A stretch of DNA of 64,000 bases from Eledone cirrhosa (Eukaryota), in contig OZ024745.1 of the NCBI GenBank assembly GCA_964016885.1, positions 6,448,001 through 6,512,000 on the forward strand. The letters run 5' to 3'. Within the stretch, counting starts at the first letter, position 1; each line of letters starts with the position of its first letter. The notes beneath the pieces are model-generated. The model was given only the letters and a program-made list of their open reading frames with translations, was not told the origin of the DNA and made no database searches. Shown piece by piece: positions 36,001-50,995 of the stretch. Position numbers and translations under genes: made by a program.

Positions 36001-39000
36001 AGATATAATGTTATAATACTGTCAGATATAGTATTATAATACTGTCAGATAGGGTATTATATTACTGTCAGATATATTATTATATTACTGACAGATATAG
36101 TATTGTATTGCTGTCAGATATAGAATTATAATACTGTCAGATATAATGTTATAATACTGTCAGATATAGTATTATAATACTGTCAGATATAGTATTATAA
36201 TACTGTCTGATATTGTATTATATCACTGTCAGATATAGTATTATAATACTGTCAGATATAGTATTATAATACTGTCAGATATAGTATTATAATACTGTCA
36301 GATATAGTATTATATTACTGTTAGATATAGTATTATAATACTGTCAGATATAATGTTATAATACTGTCAGATATAGTATTATAATACTGTCAGATATAGT
36401 ATTATATTACTGTCAGATATATTATTATATTACTGACAGATATAGTATTGTATTGCTGTCAGATATAGAATTATAATACTGTCAGATATAATGTTATAAT
36501 ACTGTCAGATATAGTATTATAATACTGTCAGATATAGTATTATATTATTGTCAGATATAGTATTATATTACTGTCAGATATAGTATTATATTACTGTCAG
36601 ATATAGAATTATAATACTGTCTGATATAGTATTATATTATTGTCAGATATAGTATTATTTTACTGTCAGATAAAGTATTATATTACTGTTAGATATAGTA
36701 TTATAATACTGTCAGATATAGTATTATACTATTGTCAGATATAGTATTATATTACTGTCTGATATAGTATTAAAATACTGTCAGATACAGTATTATATTA
36801 CTGTCAGATATAGTATTATAATACTGTCTGATATTGTATTATATTACTGTTTGATATAGTATTATATTTCTGTCTGATATAGTATTATATTACTGTCAGA
36901 TATAGTATTATAATACTGTCAGATATAGTATTATAATACTGTGAGATATAGTATTATATTACTTTTAGATATAGTATTATATTACTGTCAGATATAGTAT
37001 TATATTACTGTCAGATATAGTATTATAATACTGTCAGATATAGTATTATAATACTTCCCAGATATAGTATTATATTACTGTTAGATATAGTATTATATTA
37101 CTGTCAGATATAGTATTATATTACTCTCAGATATAGTATTATAATACTGTCAGATATAGTATTATAATACTGTCAGATATAGTATTATAATACTGTCAGA
37201 TATAGTATTATAATTCTATCAGATATAGTATTATATTACTGTCAGATATAGTATTATATTACTGTCAGATATAATATTATAATACTGTCAGATATAGTAT
37301 TATAATACTGTCTGACAGTATTATATTTCTGTCAGATATAGTATTATATTACTGTCAGATATTGTATTATGTTACTGTCAGATATAGTATTATAATACTT
37401 CTCAGATATAGTATTATAATACTGTCTGACAGTATTATATTACTGTCAGATATAGTATTAGATTACTGTTAGATATAGTGTTATAATACTGTCAGATATA
37501 GTATTATAATAGTGTCAGATATAGTATTATATTACTGTCTGATATAGTATTATAATACTGTCAGATATAGTATTATATTACTGTCAGATATAGTATTATA
37601 TTACTGTCTGATACAGTATTATAATACCGTCAGATATAGTATTATATTACTGTCAGATATAGTATTATATTACTGTCTAATATAGTATTATATTACTGTC
37701 AGATATAGTATTATATTACTGTCAGATATAGTATTATATTACTGTCAGATATAGTGTTATAATACTGTATGATAGAGTATTATAATACTGTCAGATATAG
37801 TATTATATTACTGTCAGATATAGTATTATATTACTGTCTGATACAGTATTATAATACCGTCAGATATAGTATTATATTACTGTCAGATATAGTATTATAA
37901 TACTGACAGATATTGTATTATATTACTGTCAGATATAGTATTATAATACTTCTCAGATATAGTATTATATTACTGTCAGATATAGTATTATAATACTGTC
38001 TGACAGTATTATATTACTGTCAGATATAGTTTTATATTACTGTCAGATATAGTATTATATTACTGTTAGATATATTATTATAATACTGTCAGATATAGTA
38101 TTATAATACTGTCTGAGATAGTATTATAATACTGTCAGATATAGTATTATATTACTGTCAGATATAGTATTATATTACTGTCAGATATTGTATTATATTA
38201 CTGTCAGATATAGTATTTTATTATTGTCAGATACAGTATTATAATACTGTCAGATATAGTATTATAATACTGTCAGATATAGTATTATAATACTGTCAGA
38301 TATAGTATTATATTACTGTTAGATATAATATTATATTACTGTCTGATATAGTATTATATTACTGTCAGATATAGTATTATAATACTGTCAGATATAGTAT
38401 TATATTACTGTCAGATATAGCATTATAATACTGTCAGATATATTATTATAATACTGTCAGATATAGTATTATATTACTGTCAGATATAGTATTATAATAC
38501 TGTCAGATATAGTATTATAATACTGTCAGATATAGTATTATAATACTGTCAGATATATTATTATAATACTGTCTGATATAGTATTATATTACAGTCAGAT
38601 ATAGTATTATAATACTGTCAGATATGATATTATATTACTGTCAGATATAGTATTATAATACTGTTAGATATAGTATTATATTACTGTCAGATATAGTATT
38701 ATAATACTGTCAGATATAATATTATAATACTGTCAGATATAGAATTATAATACTGTCTGATATCGTATTATATTAATGTCAGATATAGTATTATAATACT
38801 CTCAGATATAGTATTATAATACTGTCAGATATAGTAGTATATTACTGTTAGATATAGTATTATAATACTGTCAGATATAGTATTATAATACTGTCATTAT
38901 ATAGTATTATGTTACTGTTAGATATAGTATTATATTACTGTCAGATATAGTATTATATTACTGTCATATATTGTATTATATTACTGTCAGATATAGTATT

Positions 39001-42000
39001 ATAATACTTCTCAGATATAGTATTATAATACTGTCTGACAGTATTATAATACTGTCTGACAGTATTATAATACTCTCAGATATAGTATTATAACACTGTC
39101 AGATATAGTGTTATAATACTGTCAGATATAGTATTATAATACTGTCAGATATAGTATCATATTACTGTTAGATATAGTATTATAATACTGTCAGATATAG
39201 TATTATATTACTGTCAGATATAGTATTATAAACTGTCAGATATAGTATTATATTACTGTCAGTTATAGTATTATAACACTGTCAGATATAGTATTATAAT
39301 ACTGTCAGATATAGTATTATAATTCTCTCAGATATATTATTATAATACTGTCATATATAGTATTATATTACTGTCAGATATAGTATTATAATACTGTCAG
39401 ATATAGTATTATATTACTGTCAGATATAGTATTATATTACTGTCAGATATAGTATTATAATACTGTCAGATATTGTATTATATCACTGTCAGAAATAGTA
39501 TTATAATACTGTCAGTGATAGTATTATATTACTGTCAGATATAGTATTATAATACTGTCAGATATTGTATTATATCACTGTCAGATATAGTATTATAATA
39601 CTGTCAGATATAGTATTATATTACTGTCAGATATAGTATTATAATACTGTCAGATATAATATTATAATACTGTCAGATATAGAATTATAATACTGTCTGA
39701 TATAGTATTATATTATTGTCAGATATAGTATTATAATACTCTCAGATATAGTATTATAATACTGTCAGATATAGTATTATATTACTGTTAGATATAGTAT
39801 TATATTACTGTCTGATATTGTATTATATTACTGTCAGATATAGTATTATAATACTGTCAGATATAGTATTATAATACTGTCAGATATAGTATTATGCTAC
39901 TGTTAGATATAGTATTATATTACTGTCAGATATAGTATTATAATACTGTCAGATATAGTATTATAATACCGTCAGATATAGTATTATAATACTGTGACAT
40001 AGAGTATTATATTACTGTCAGATATAGTATTATAATACTGTCTGATAGAGTATTATAATACTGTCTGACAGTATTATATTTCTGTCAGATATAGTATTAT
40101 ATTACTGTCAGATATAGTATTATAATACTTCTCAGATATAGTATTATAATACTGTCTGACAGTATTATAATACTGTCTGACAGTATTATAATACTGTCAG
40201 ATATAGTATTTTAACACTGTCAGATATAGTATTATAATACTGTCAGATATAGTATTATAATACTGTCAGATATAGTATCATATTACTGTTAGATATAGTA
40301 TTATAATACTGTCAGATATAGTATTATATTACTGTTAGATATACTATTATAAACTGTCAGATATAGTATTATAATACTGTCAGTTATAGTATTATAACAC
40401 TGTCAGATATAGTATTATAATACTGTCAGATATAGTATTATAATTCTGTCAGATATATTATTATAATACTGTCATATATAGTATTATATTACTGTCAGAT
40501 ATAGTATTATAATACTGTCAGATATAGTATTATATTACTGTCAGATATAGTATTATATTACTGTCAGATATAGTATTATAATACTGTCAGATATTGTATC
40601 ATATCACTGTCAGAAATAGTATTATAATACTGTCAGTTATAGTATTATATTACTGTCAGATATAGTATTATAATACTGTCAGATATTGTATTATATCACT
40701 GTCAGATATAGTATTATAATACTGTCAGATATAGTATTATATTACTGTCAGATATAGTATTATATTACTGTCAGATATAGTATTATAATACTGTCTGATA
40801 TTGTATTATATCACTGTCAGATATAGTATTATATTACTGTCAGATATAGTATTATATTACTGTCAGATATAGTATTAATTTACTGTCAGATATAGTATTA
40901 TAATACTGTCTGATATTGTATTATATCACTGTCAGATATAGTATTATATTACTCTCTGATATAGTATTATATCACTGTCAGATAAAGTATTATAATACTG
41001 TCAGATATAGTATTATAATACTGTCAGATATAGTATTATAATACTGTCAGATATGTTATTATAATACTGTAAGATATACTATTATATTACTGTCAGATAT
41101 AGTATTATAATACTGTCAGATATAGTATTATAATACTGTCAGATATAGTATTATAATACTGTCAGATATAGTATTATATTACTGTTAGATATAGTATTAT
41201 AATACTGTCAGATATAATGTTATAATACTGTCAGATATAGTATTATAATACTGTCAGATATAGTATTATATTATTGTCAGATATAGTATTATAATACTGT
41301 CTTATATAGTATTATAATATTGTCAGATATAGTATTATAATACTGTCAGATATAGTATTATATTACTGTCAGATATAGAATTATAATACTGTCTGATATT
41401 ATATTATATTATTGTCAGATATAGTATTATATTACTGTCAGATAAAGTATTATAATACTGTTAGATATAGTATTATAATACTGTCAGATATAGTATTATA
41501 TTATTGTCAGATATAGTATTATATTACTGTCTGATATAGTATTAAAATACTGTCAGATACAGTATTATATTACTGTCAGATATAGTATTATAATACTGTC
41601 TGATATTGTATTATATTACTGTTTGATATAGTATTATATTTCTGTCTGATATAGTATTATATTACTGTCAGATATAGTACTATAATACTGTCAGATATAG
41701 TATTATAATACTGTCAGATATAGTATTATATACTTTTAGATATAGTATTATATTACTGTCAGATATAGTATTATATTACTGTCAGATATAGTATTATAAT
41801 ACTGTCTGACAGTACTATATTACTGTCAGATAAAGTATTATATTACTGTCAGATATAGTGTTATAATACTGTAAGATATAGTATTATATTACTGTCAGAT
41901 ATAGTGTGATAATACTGTCTGATATAGTATTATAATACTGTCAGATATAGTATTATAATACTGTCAGATATAGTATTATATTACTGTCAGATATAGTGTG

Positions 42001-45000
42001 ATAATACTGTCTGATATAGTATTATAATACTGTCAGATTTTGTATTATATTACTGTCAGATATAGTATTATAATACTTCTCAGATATAGTATTATATTAC
42101 TGTTAGATATAGTATTATAATACTGTCAGATATTGTATTATATTACTGTCAGATATAGTATTATAATATTTCTCAGATATAGTATTATATTACTGTCAGA
42201 TATAGTATTATAATACTGTCTAACAGTATTATATTACTGTCAGATATAGTATTATATTACTGTCAGATATAGTGTTATAATACTGTCTGATATAGTATTA
42301 TAATACTGTCAGTTATAGTATTATATTACTGTCAGATATAGTATTATATTACTGTCAGATATAGTATTATAATACTGTCAGATATAGTATTATAATACTG
42401 TCAGATATAGTATTATAATACTGTCAGATATAGTATTATATTACTGTCAGATATAGTATTATAATACTGTCTGATATTGTATTATATCACTGTCAGATAT
42501 AGTATTATAATACTCTCAGTTATAGTATTATATCACTGTCAGATATAGTATTATATTACTGTCTGATATAGTATTATATCACTGTCAGATAAAGTATTAT
42601 AATACTGTCAGATATAGTATTATAATACTCTCAGATATAGTATTATAATACTGTCAGATATGTTATTATAATACTGTAAGATATAGTATTATATTACTGT
42701 CAGATATAGTATTATAATACTGTCAGATATAGTATTATAATACTGTCAGATATAGTATTATAATACTGTCAGATATAGTATTATATTACTGTTAGATATA
42801 GTATTATAATACTGTCAGATATAATGTTATAATACTGTCAGATATAGTATTATAATACTGTCAGATAGGGTATTATATTACTGTCAGATATATTATTATA
42901 TTACTGACAGATATAGTATTGTATTGCTGTCAGATATAGAATTATAATACTGTCAGATATAATGTTATAATACTGTCAGATATAGTATTATAATACTGTC
43001 AGATATAGTATTATAATACTGTCTGATATTGTATTATATCACTGTCAGATATAGTATTATAATACTGTCAGATATAGTATTATAATACTGTCAGATATAG
43101 TATTATAATACTGTCAGATATAGTATTATATTACTGTTAGATATAGTATTATAATACTGTCAGATATAATGTTATAATACTGTCAGATATAGTATTATAA
43201 TACTGTCAGATATAGTATTATATTACTGTCAGATATATTATTATATTACTGACAGATATAGTATTGTATTGCTGTCAGATATAGAATTATAATACTGTCA
43301 GATATAATGTTATAATACTGTCAGATATAGTATTATAATACTGTCAGATATAGTATTATATTATTGTCAGATATAGTATTATAATACTGTCTGATATAGT
43401 ATTATAATATTGTCAGATATAGTATTATATTACTGTCAGATATAGTATTATATTACTGTCAGATATAGAATTATAATACTGTCTGATATAGTATTATATT
43501 ATTGTCAGATATAGTATTATTTTACTGTCAGATAAAGTATTATATTACTGTTAGATATAGTATTATAATACTGTCAGATATAGTATTATACTATTGTCAG
43601 ATATAGTATTATATTACTGTCTGATATAGTATTAAAATACTGTCAGATACAGTATTATATTACTGTCAGATATAGTATTATAATACTGTCTGATATTGTA
43701 TTATATTACTGTTTGATATAGTATTATATTTCTGTCTGATATAGTATTATATTACTGTCAGATATAGTATTATAATACTGTCAGATATAGTATTATAATA
43801 CTGTGAGATATAGTATTATATTACTTTTAGATATAGTATTATATTACTGTCAGATATAGTATTATATTACTGTCAGATATAGTATTATAATACTGTCAGA
43901 TATAGTATTATAATACTGTCAGATATAGTATTATAATACTGTCAGATATAGTATTATATTACTGTCAGATATTGTATTATATTACTGTCAGCTATAGTAT
44001 TATAATACTGTCTGACAGTACTATATTACTGTCAGATAAAGTATTATATTACTGTCAGATATAGTGTTATAATACTGTAAGATATAGTATTATATTACTG
44101 TCAGATATAGTGTGATAATACTGTCTGATATAGTATTATAATACTGTCAGATATAGTATTATAATACTGTCAGATATAGTATTATATTACTGTCAGATAT
44201 AGTGTGATAATACTGTCTGATATAGTATTATAATACTGTCAGATATTGTATTATATTACTGTCAGATATAGTATTATAATACTTCTCAGATATAGTATTA
44301 TATTACTGTTAGATATAGTATTATAATACTGTCAGATATTGTATTATATTACTGTCAGATATAGTATTATAATATTTCTCAGATATAGTATTATATTACT
44401 GTCAGATATAGTATTATAATACTGTCTAACAGTATTATATTACTGTCAGATATAGTGTTATAATACTGTCTGATATAGTATTATAATACTGTCAGTTATA
44501 GTATTATATTACTGTCAGATATAGTATTATATTACTGTCAGATATAGTATTATAATACTGTCAGATATAGTATTATAATACTGTCAGATATAGTATTATA
44601 ATACTGTCAGATATAGTATTATATTACTGTCAGATATAGTATTATAATACTGTCTGATATTGTATTATATCACTGTCAGATATAGTATTATAATACTCTC
44701 AGTTATAGTATTATATTACTGTCAGATATAGTATTATATTACTGTCAGATATAGTATTATATTACTGTCAGATATAGTATTAATTTACTGTCAGATATAG
44801 TATTATAATACTGTCTGATATTGTATTATATCACTGTCAGATATAGTATTATATTACTGTCTGATATAGTATTATATCACTGTCAGATAAAGTATTATAA
44901 TACTGTCAGATATAGTATTATAATACTGTCAGATATAGTATTATAATACTGTCAGATATGTTATTATAATACTGTAAGATATAGTATTATATTACTGTCA

Positions 45001-48000
45001 GATATAGTATTATAATACTGTCAGATATAGTATTATAATACTGTCAGATATAGTATTATAATACTGTCAGATATAGTATTATATTACTGTCAGATATATT
45101 ATTATATTACTGACAGATATAGTATTGTATTGCTGTCAGATATAGAATTATAATACTGTCAGATATAATGTTATAATACTGTCAGATATAGTATTATAAT
45201 ACTGTCAGATATAGTATTATATTATTGTCAGATATAGTATTATAATACTGTCTGATATAGTATTATAATATTGTCAGATATAGTATTCTATTACTGTCAG
45301 ATATAGTATTATATTACTGTCAGATATTGTATTATAATACTGTCAGATATAATATTATAACACTGTCAGATATAGAATTATAATACTGTCTGATATAGTA
45401 TTATATTATTGTCAGATATAGTATTATATTACTGTCAGATAAAGTATTATATTACTGTTAGATATAGTATTATAATACTGTCAGATATAGTATTATATTA
45501 TTGTCAGATATAGTATTATATTACTGTCTGATATAGTATTAAAATACTGTCAGATACAGTATCATATTACTGTCAGATATAGTATTATAATACTGTCTGA
45601 TATTGTATTATATTACTGTTTGATATAGTATTATATTTCTGTCTGATATAGTATTATATTACTGTCAGATATAGTATTATAATACTGTCAGATATAGTAT
45701 TATAATACTGTCAGATATAGTATTATATTACTCTTAGATATAGTCTTATATTACTGTCAGATATAGTATTATATTACTGTCAGATATAGTATTATAATAC
45801 TGTCAGATATAGTATTATAATACTGTCAGATATAGTATTATAATACTGTCAGATATAGTATTATATTACTGTCAGATATTGTATTATATTACTGTCAGCT
45901 ATAGTATTATAATACTGTCTGACAGTACTATATTACTGTCAGATAATGTATTATATTACTGTCAGATATAGTGTTATAATACTGTAAGATATAGTATTAT
46001 ATTACTGTCAGATATAGTGTGATAATACTGTCTGATATAGTATTATAATACTGTCAGATATAGTATTATAATACTGTCAGATATAGTATTATATTACTGT
46101 CAGATATAGTGTGATAATACTGTCTGATATAGTATTATAATACTGTCAGATATTATATTATATTACTGTCAGATATAGTATTATAATACTTCTCAGATAT
46201 AGTATTATATTACTGTTAGATATAGTATTATAATACTGTCAGATATTGTATTATATTACTGTCAGATATAGTATTATAATATTTCTCAGATATAGTATTA
46301 TATTACTGTCAGATATAGTATTATAATACTGTCTAACAGTATTATATTACTGTCAGATATAGTATTATATTACTGTCAGATATAGTGTTATAATACTGTC
46401 TGATATAGTATTATAATACTGTCAGTTATAGTATTATATTACTGTCAGATATAGTATTATATTACTGTCAGATATAGTATTATAATACTGTCAGATATAG
46501 TATTATAATACTGTCAGATATAGTATTATAATACTGTCAGATATAGTATTATATTACTGTCAGATATAGTATTATATTACTGTCAGATATAGTATTATAA
46601 TACTGTCTAACAGTATTATATTACTGTCAGATATAGTATTATATTACTGTCAGATATAGTGTTATAATACTGTCTGATATAGTATTATAATACTGTCAGT
46701 TATAGTATTATATTACTGTCAGATATAGTATTATATTACTGTCAGATATAGTATTATAATACTGTCAGATATAGTATTATAATACTGTCAGATATAGTAT
46801 TATAATACTGTCAGATATAGTATTATATTACTGTCAGATATAGTATTATATTACTGTCAGATATAGTATTATAATACTGACTGATATAGTATTATAATAC
46901 TGTCAGATATAGTAATATATTACTGTCAGATATGGTATTATAATACTGTCAGATATAGTATTATATTATTGTCACATATAGTATTATAATACTCTCAGAT
47001 ATAATGTTATAATACTGTCAGATATAGTATTATAATACTGTCAGATATAGTATTATATTACTGTCAGATATAGTATTATATTACTGTCAGATATAGTATT
47101 ATAATACTGTCAGATATAATATTATAATACTGTCAGATATAGAATTATAATACTGTCTGATATAGTATTATATTATTGTCAGATATAGTATTATAATACT
47201 GTCAGATATAGTATTATAATACTGTCAGATATAATATTATAATACTGTCAGATATAGAATTATAATACTGTCTGATATAGTATTATATTATTGTCAGATA
47301 TAGTATTATAATACTGTCAGATATAGTATTATATTACTGTCCGATATAGTATTATAATACTGTCAGATATAATATTATAACACTGTCAGATATAGAATTA
47401 TAATACTGTCTGATATAGTATTAAATTATTGTCAGATATAGTATTATATTACTGTCAGATATAGTGTTATATTACTGTTAGATATAGTATTATAATACTG
47501 TCTGATAGAGTAATATATTATTGTCAGATATAGTATTATATTACTGTCTGATATAGTATTATAATACTGTCAGATACAGTATTATATTACTGTCAGATAT
47601 AGTATTATAATACTGTCTGATATAGTATTATAATACTGTCTGATATAGTATTATAATACTGTCAGATATAATATTATATTACTGTCAGATATAGTATTAT
47701 AATACTGTCTGATACAGTATTATAATACTGTCAGATATAATATTATAATACTGTCAGATATAGAATTATATTATTGTTAGATATAGTGTTATAATACTGT
47801 TAGATATAGTATTATATTACTGTCAGATATAGTATTATAATACTGTCAGATATAATATTATATTACTGTTAGATATAGTGTTATAATACTGTCAGATATA
47901 GTATTATATTACTGTTATATATAGTGTTATAATACTGTCAGATATAGTATTATATTACTGTCTGATATAGTATTATAATACTGTCAGATATAATATTATA

Positions 48001-48253
48001 TTACTGTCAGATATAGTATTATAATACTGTCTGATACAGTATTATAATACTGTCAGATATAATATTATAATACTGTCAGATATAGTATTATAATACTGTC
48101 AGATATAGAATTATATTACTGTTAGATATAGTGTTATAATACTGTTAGATATAGTATTATATTACTGTCTGATATAGTATTATAATACTGTCAGATATAG
48201 TATTGTAATACTGTCAGATATAGTATTATAATACTGTCTGACAGTATTATAAT
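1..48253. repeat. 23-bp AT-rich satellite array (~2,100 monomers; continues upstream of the window)
   Basis: Uninterrupted tandem copies of GATATAGTATTATAATACTGTCA / GATATAGTATTATATTACTGTCA with point variants and 21/22/24-bp indel variants. The last monomer ends ...ctgacagtattataata at ~48,253. Confidence 0.99.
5865..43900. repeat. ~6.8-kb higher-order repeat within the satellite (about 6 copies, some with deletions)
   Basis: Rare variant 'gatAGGGta' at 11425, 18218, 24048, 30681, 36051, 42867 (spacings 6793, 5830, 6633, 5370, 6816). 'cttccc' at 12428, 19221, 25051, 37054 and 'tcattat' at 14268, 21061, 26891, 32261, 38894 give matching spacings. Confidence 0.93.
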
Positions 48254-48254
48254 A

Positions 48255-48779
48255 GTGGTGGTGGTGGTGGTGGTGGTGGTGGTGGTGGTGGTGGTGGTGG
48301 TGGTGGTGGTGGTGGTTGTGGTGGTGGTGGTGGTGGTGGTGGTGGTAGTGGTGGTGGTGGTGATGGTGGTGGTGTTGTGGTATTGGTAGTGGTGGTGGTG
48401 TTGGTGGTGGTAGTGTGTGGTGTTGGCAGTGGTGGTGGATGTGGTGGTGGTGGTGGTGGTGTGGTGGTGGTGGTATTGGTGGTGACAGTGGTGGTGGTGG
48501 TGGTGGTGTTGTGGTGTTGGTAGTGGTGGTGGTGGTGTGGTGGTGGTGGTGCGTTGTTGGTAGTGGTTGTGGTGGTGGTGGTGGTGGTGGTGGTGGTGAA
48601 AATGGTGGTGTGGTGGTGGTAGTGTGGTGGTGTGGATTTGGTGGTGGTGGTAGTGGTGGGATGGTTGTGGTGTAGTGGTGGTGATGGTGGTGGTGTAGTG
48701 CTGGTTGTGTAGTGGTGGTGATGTAGTGGTGGTTATGGTGGTGGTTGTGGTGGTGATGTAGTGGTGCTGATGGTGGTGT
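48255..48779 (+). repeat. (TGG)n trinucleotide microsatellite, pure at first and then degenerate
   Basis: gtggtggtggtg... directly abuts the last satellite monomer. Confidence 0.97.
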
Positions 48780-48877
48780 CGACTGGATCAACTGGAGTCT
48801 ATCGTTGGAGATGAAATCTTGGGAGGATTCCAGCGAAATATGAGTTTAGGTTGTCTTGGAATGGATGGAAATAACGA

Positions 48878-49905
48878 CAGAAGTAGAGAGTGTGGATAGA
48901 GAGGTAGAGAGATAGAGAGGTAGAGAGGGGGGATAGAGAGGTAGAGAGATAGAGAGGTATAGAGATAGAGAGGTAGAGAGTGTGGATAGAGAGGTAGAGA
49001 GATAGAGAGGTAGAGAGGGGGATAGAGAGGTAGAGAGATAGAGAGGTATAGAGATAGAGAGGTAGAGAGTGTGGATAGAGAGGTAGAGAGATAGAGAGGT
49101 AGAGAGGGGGATAGAGAGGTAGAGAGATAGAGAGGTAGAGAGGGAGGATAGAGAAGTAGAGAGGGGGGATAGAGAGGTAGCGAGATAGAGAGGTAGAGAA
49201 GGGGGATAGAGAGGTAGAGAGATAGAGAGGTAGAGAGATAGAGAAGTAGAGGGGGGATAGAGAGGTAGAGAGATAGAGAGGTAGAGATGGGGGATAGAGA
49301 GGTAGAGAGATAGAGAGGTAGAGAGATAGAGAAGTAGAGGGGGGATAGAGAGGTAGAGAGATAGAGAGGTAGAGAGGGGAGATAGAGAGGTAGAGAGATA
49401 GAGAGGTAGAGAGGGGAGATAGAGACGTAGAGAGATAGAGAGGTAGAGGGGGGATAAAGAGATAGAGAGATAGAGAGGTAGAGAGGGCGGATAGAGAGGT
49501 AGAGAGATAGAGAGGTAGAGAGGGGGATAGAGAGATAGAGAGGTAGAGAGGGGGATAGAGTGGTAGAGAGGGGGGATAGAGAGGTAGAGAGGTAGAGAGG
49601 GTGATAGAGATGTTGAGAGATAGAGAGGTAGAGAGATAGAGAGGTAGAGGGGCGGGGATAGAGAGATAGAGAGGTTGATAGAGTGATAGAGAGATAGAGA
49701 GGTAGAGAGATAGAGAGATAGAGAGGGGGATAGGAAGATAGAGAGGTAGAGAGATAGAGAGGTAGAGAGGGGGGATAGAGAGATAGGGAGGTTGATAGAT
49801 AGGTAGAGAGGCCGATAGAGTGGGTATAGAGTGGTTAATTAGTAAAGAGGGAGAAATGGTTAGATAGAGAACCAGGCACAGACCTGGCACATAGCTAGAG
49901 AGAGG

Positions 49906-49939
<34 letters not shown>

Positions 49940-49966
49940 GAGAGAGAGAGTGAGGGGGGGGGGGAG
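48878..49966 (+). repeat. Purine-rich compound minisatellite (AGAGATAGAGAGGT / AGAGGGGGAT units) ending in (AG)n and a G-run
   Basis: About 1.1 kb built almost only of A and G with scattered T; C is nearly absent on the + strand. Confidence 0.95.
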
Positions 49967-50376
49967 ATAAAAGGTGATACCATATAAGAGAACATTCATA
50001 GTTTCTTTCATATTTGGTAAAGAGCTTCACTTTTTGTCTTCGACGACTAAAGGGAATAGAGTAAAGTATGGAAGCAAATGGTAACCAATGATGGGAAGGT
50101 GGGCGGCCTTGGTGTTAGATAACGTCATTGATGTAAGTTTGAGACTGCCAGGAGGCGCCAACTTCACAATCAGACTTTCACTACTTCAAATGAATCCCTA
50201 TCTTGATCGTTTTTCCATGTTTCTTTTGATCAGAGTTCAAATTTCTTTATCTTGAAGAAAATAAAAAATAAAGAAATGAAAATAAATATCTAAGCAAAGA
50301 AAATATAATCAGGGATAAAAATATAATGAAATATATAAAATAAAGAATGAATAGCTCATTTTTGTTTATATCACGA

Positions 50377-50402
50377 TATACACACATACATACATATATA
50401 TA

Positions 50403-50479
<77 letters not shown>

Positions 50480-50667
50480 TTACACGCACACTCATATACA
50501 CACACACACATATATATATACACACATACTCACACATATATACATATATATACACACATATATATATATATAGACATATATATATAGACATAGTTATATA
50601 TATATTGACATTTATATACACACATATATATACATATACATATAAACATATATATATATACACAGAC

Positions 50668-50700
<33 letters not shown>

Positions 50701-50900
50701 TATATACATATACATATATATATATATATATACATATATATATACATATATATATATATATATGTGTGTGTGTATATATATATACATATTATAACTATAT
50801 AAAACTATAAATATATACATATATATATATATATAAATATATATACATATATAGACGTATATATACATATATAGACGTATAATTAAACACATACATATGT
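50377..50900. repeat. (TA)n/(CA)n/(TACA)n compound microsatellite
   Basis: Direct inspection of the sequence. Confidence 0.95.
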
Positions 50901-50995
50901 ATATTACGTAATCTTGCCTCTTTTGTATTAACAAATTCACAGACTGCCACTCCTTGTAGTTAACACTGTACTCATAAAGACGTTCTTAGTCAATC

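Noticed and set aside
1-48253. CRISPR array or telomeric repeat interpretation of the 23-bp array
   Set aside because: There are no unique spacers and no cas genes. The monomer is not G-rich, and it is variable and organised in HORs, unlike telomerase products.
50030-50260. Unique island with a GTAAGT donor-like site, possible exon
   Set aside because: No convincing acceptor or recognisable peptide; cannot be supported.
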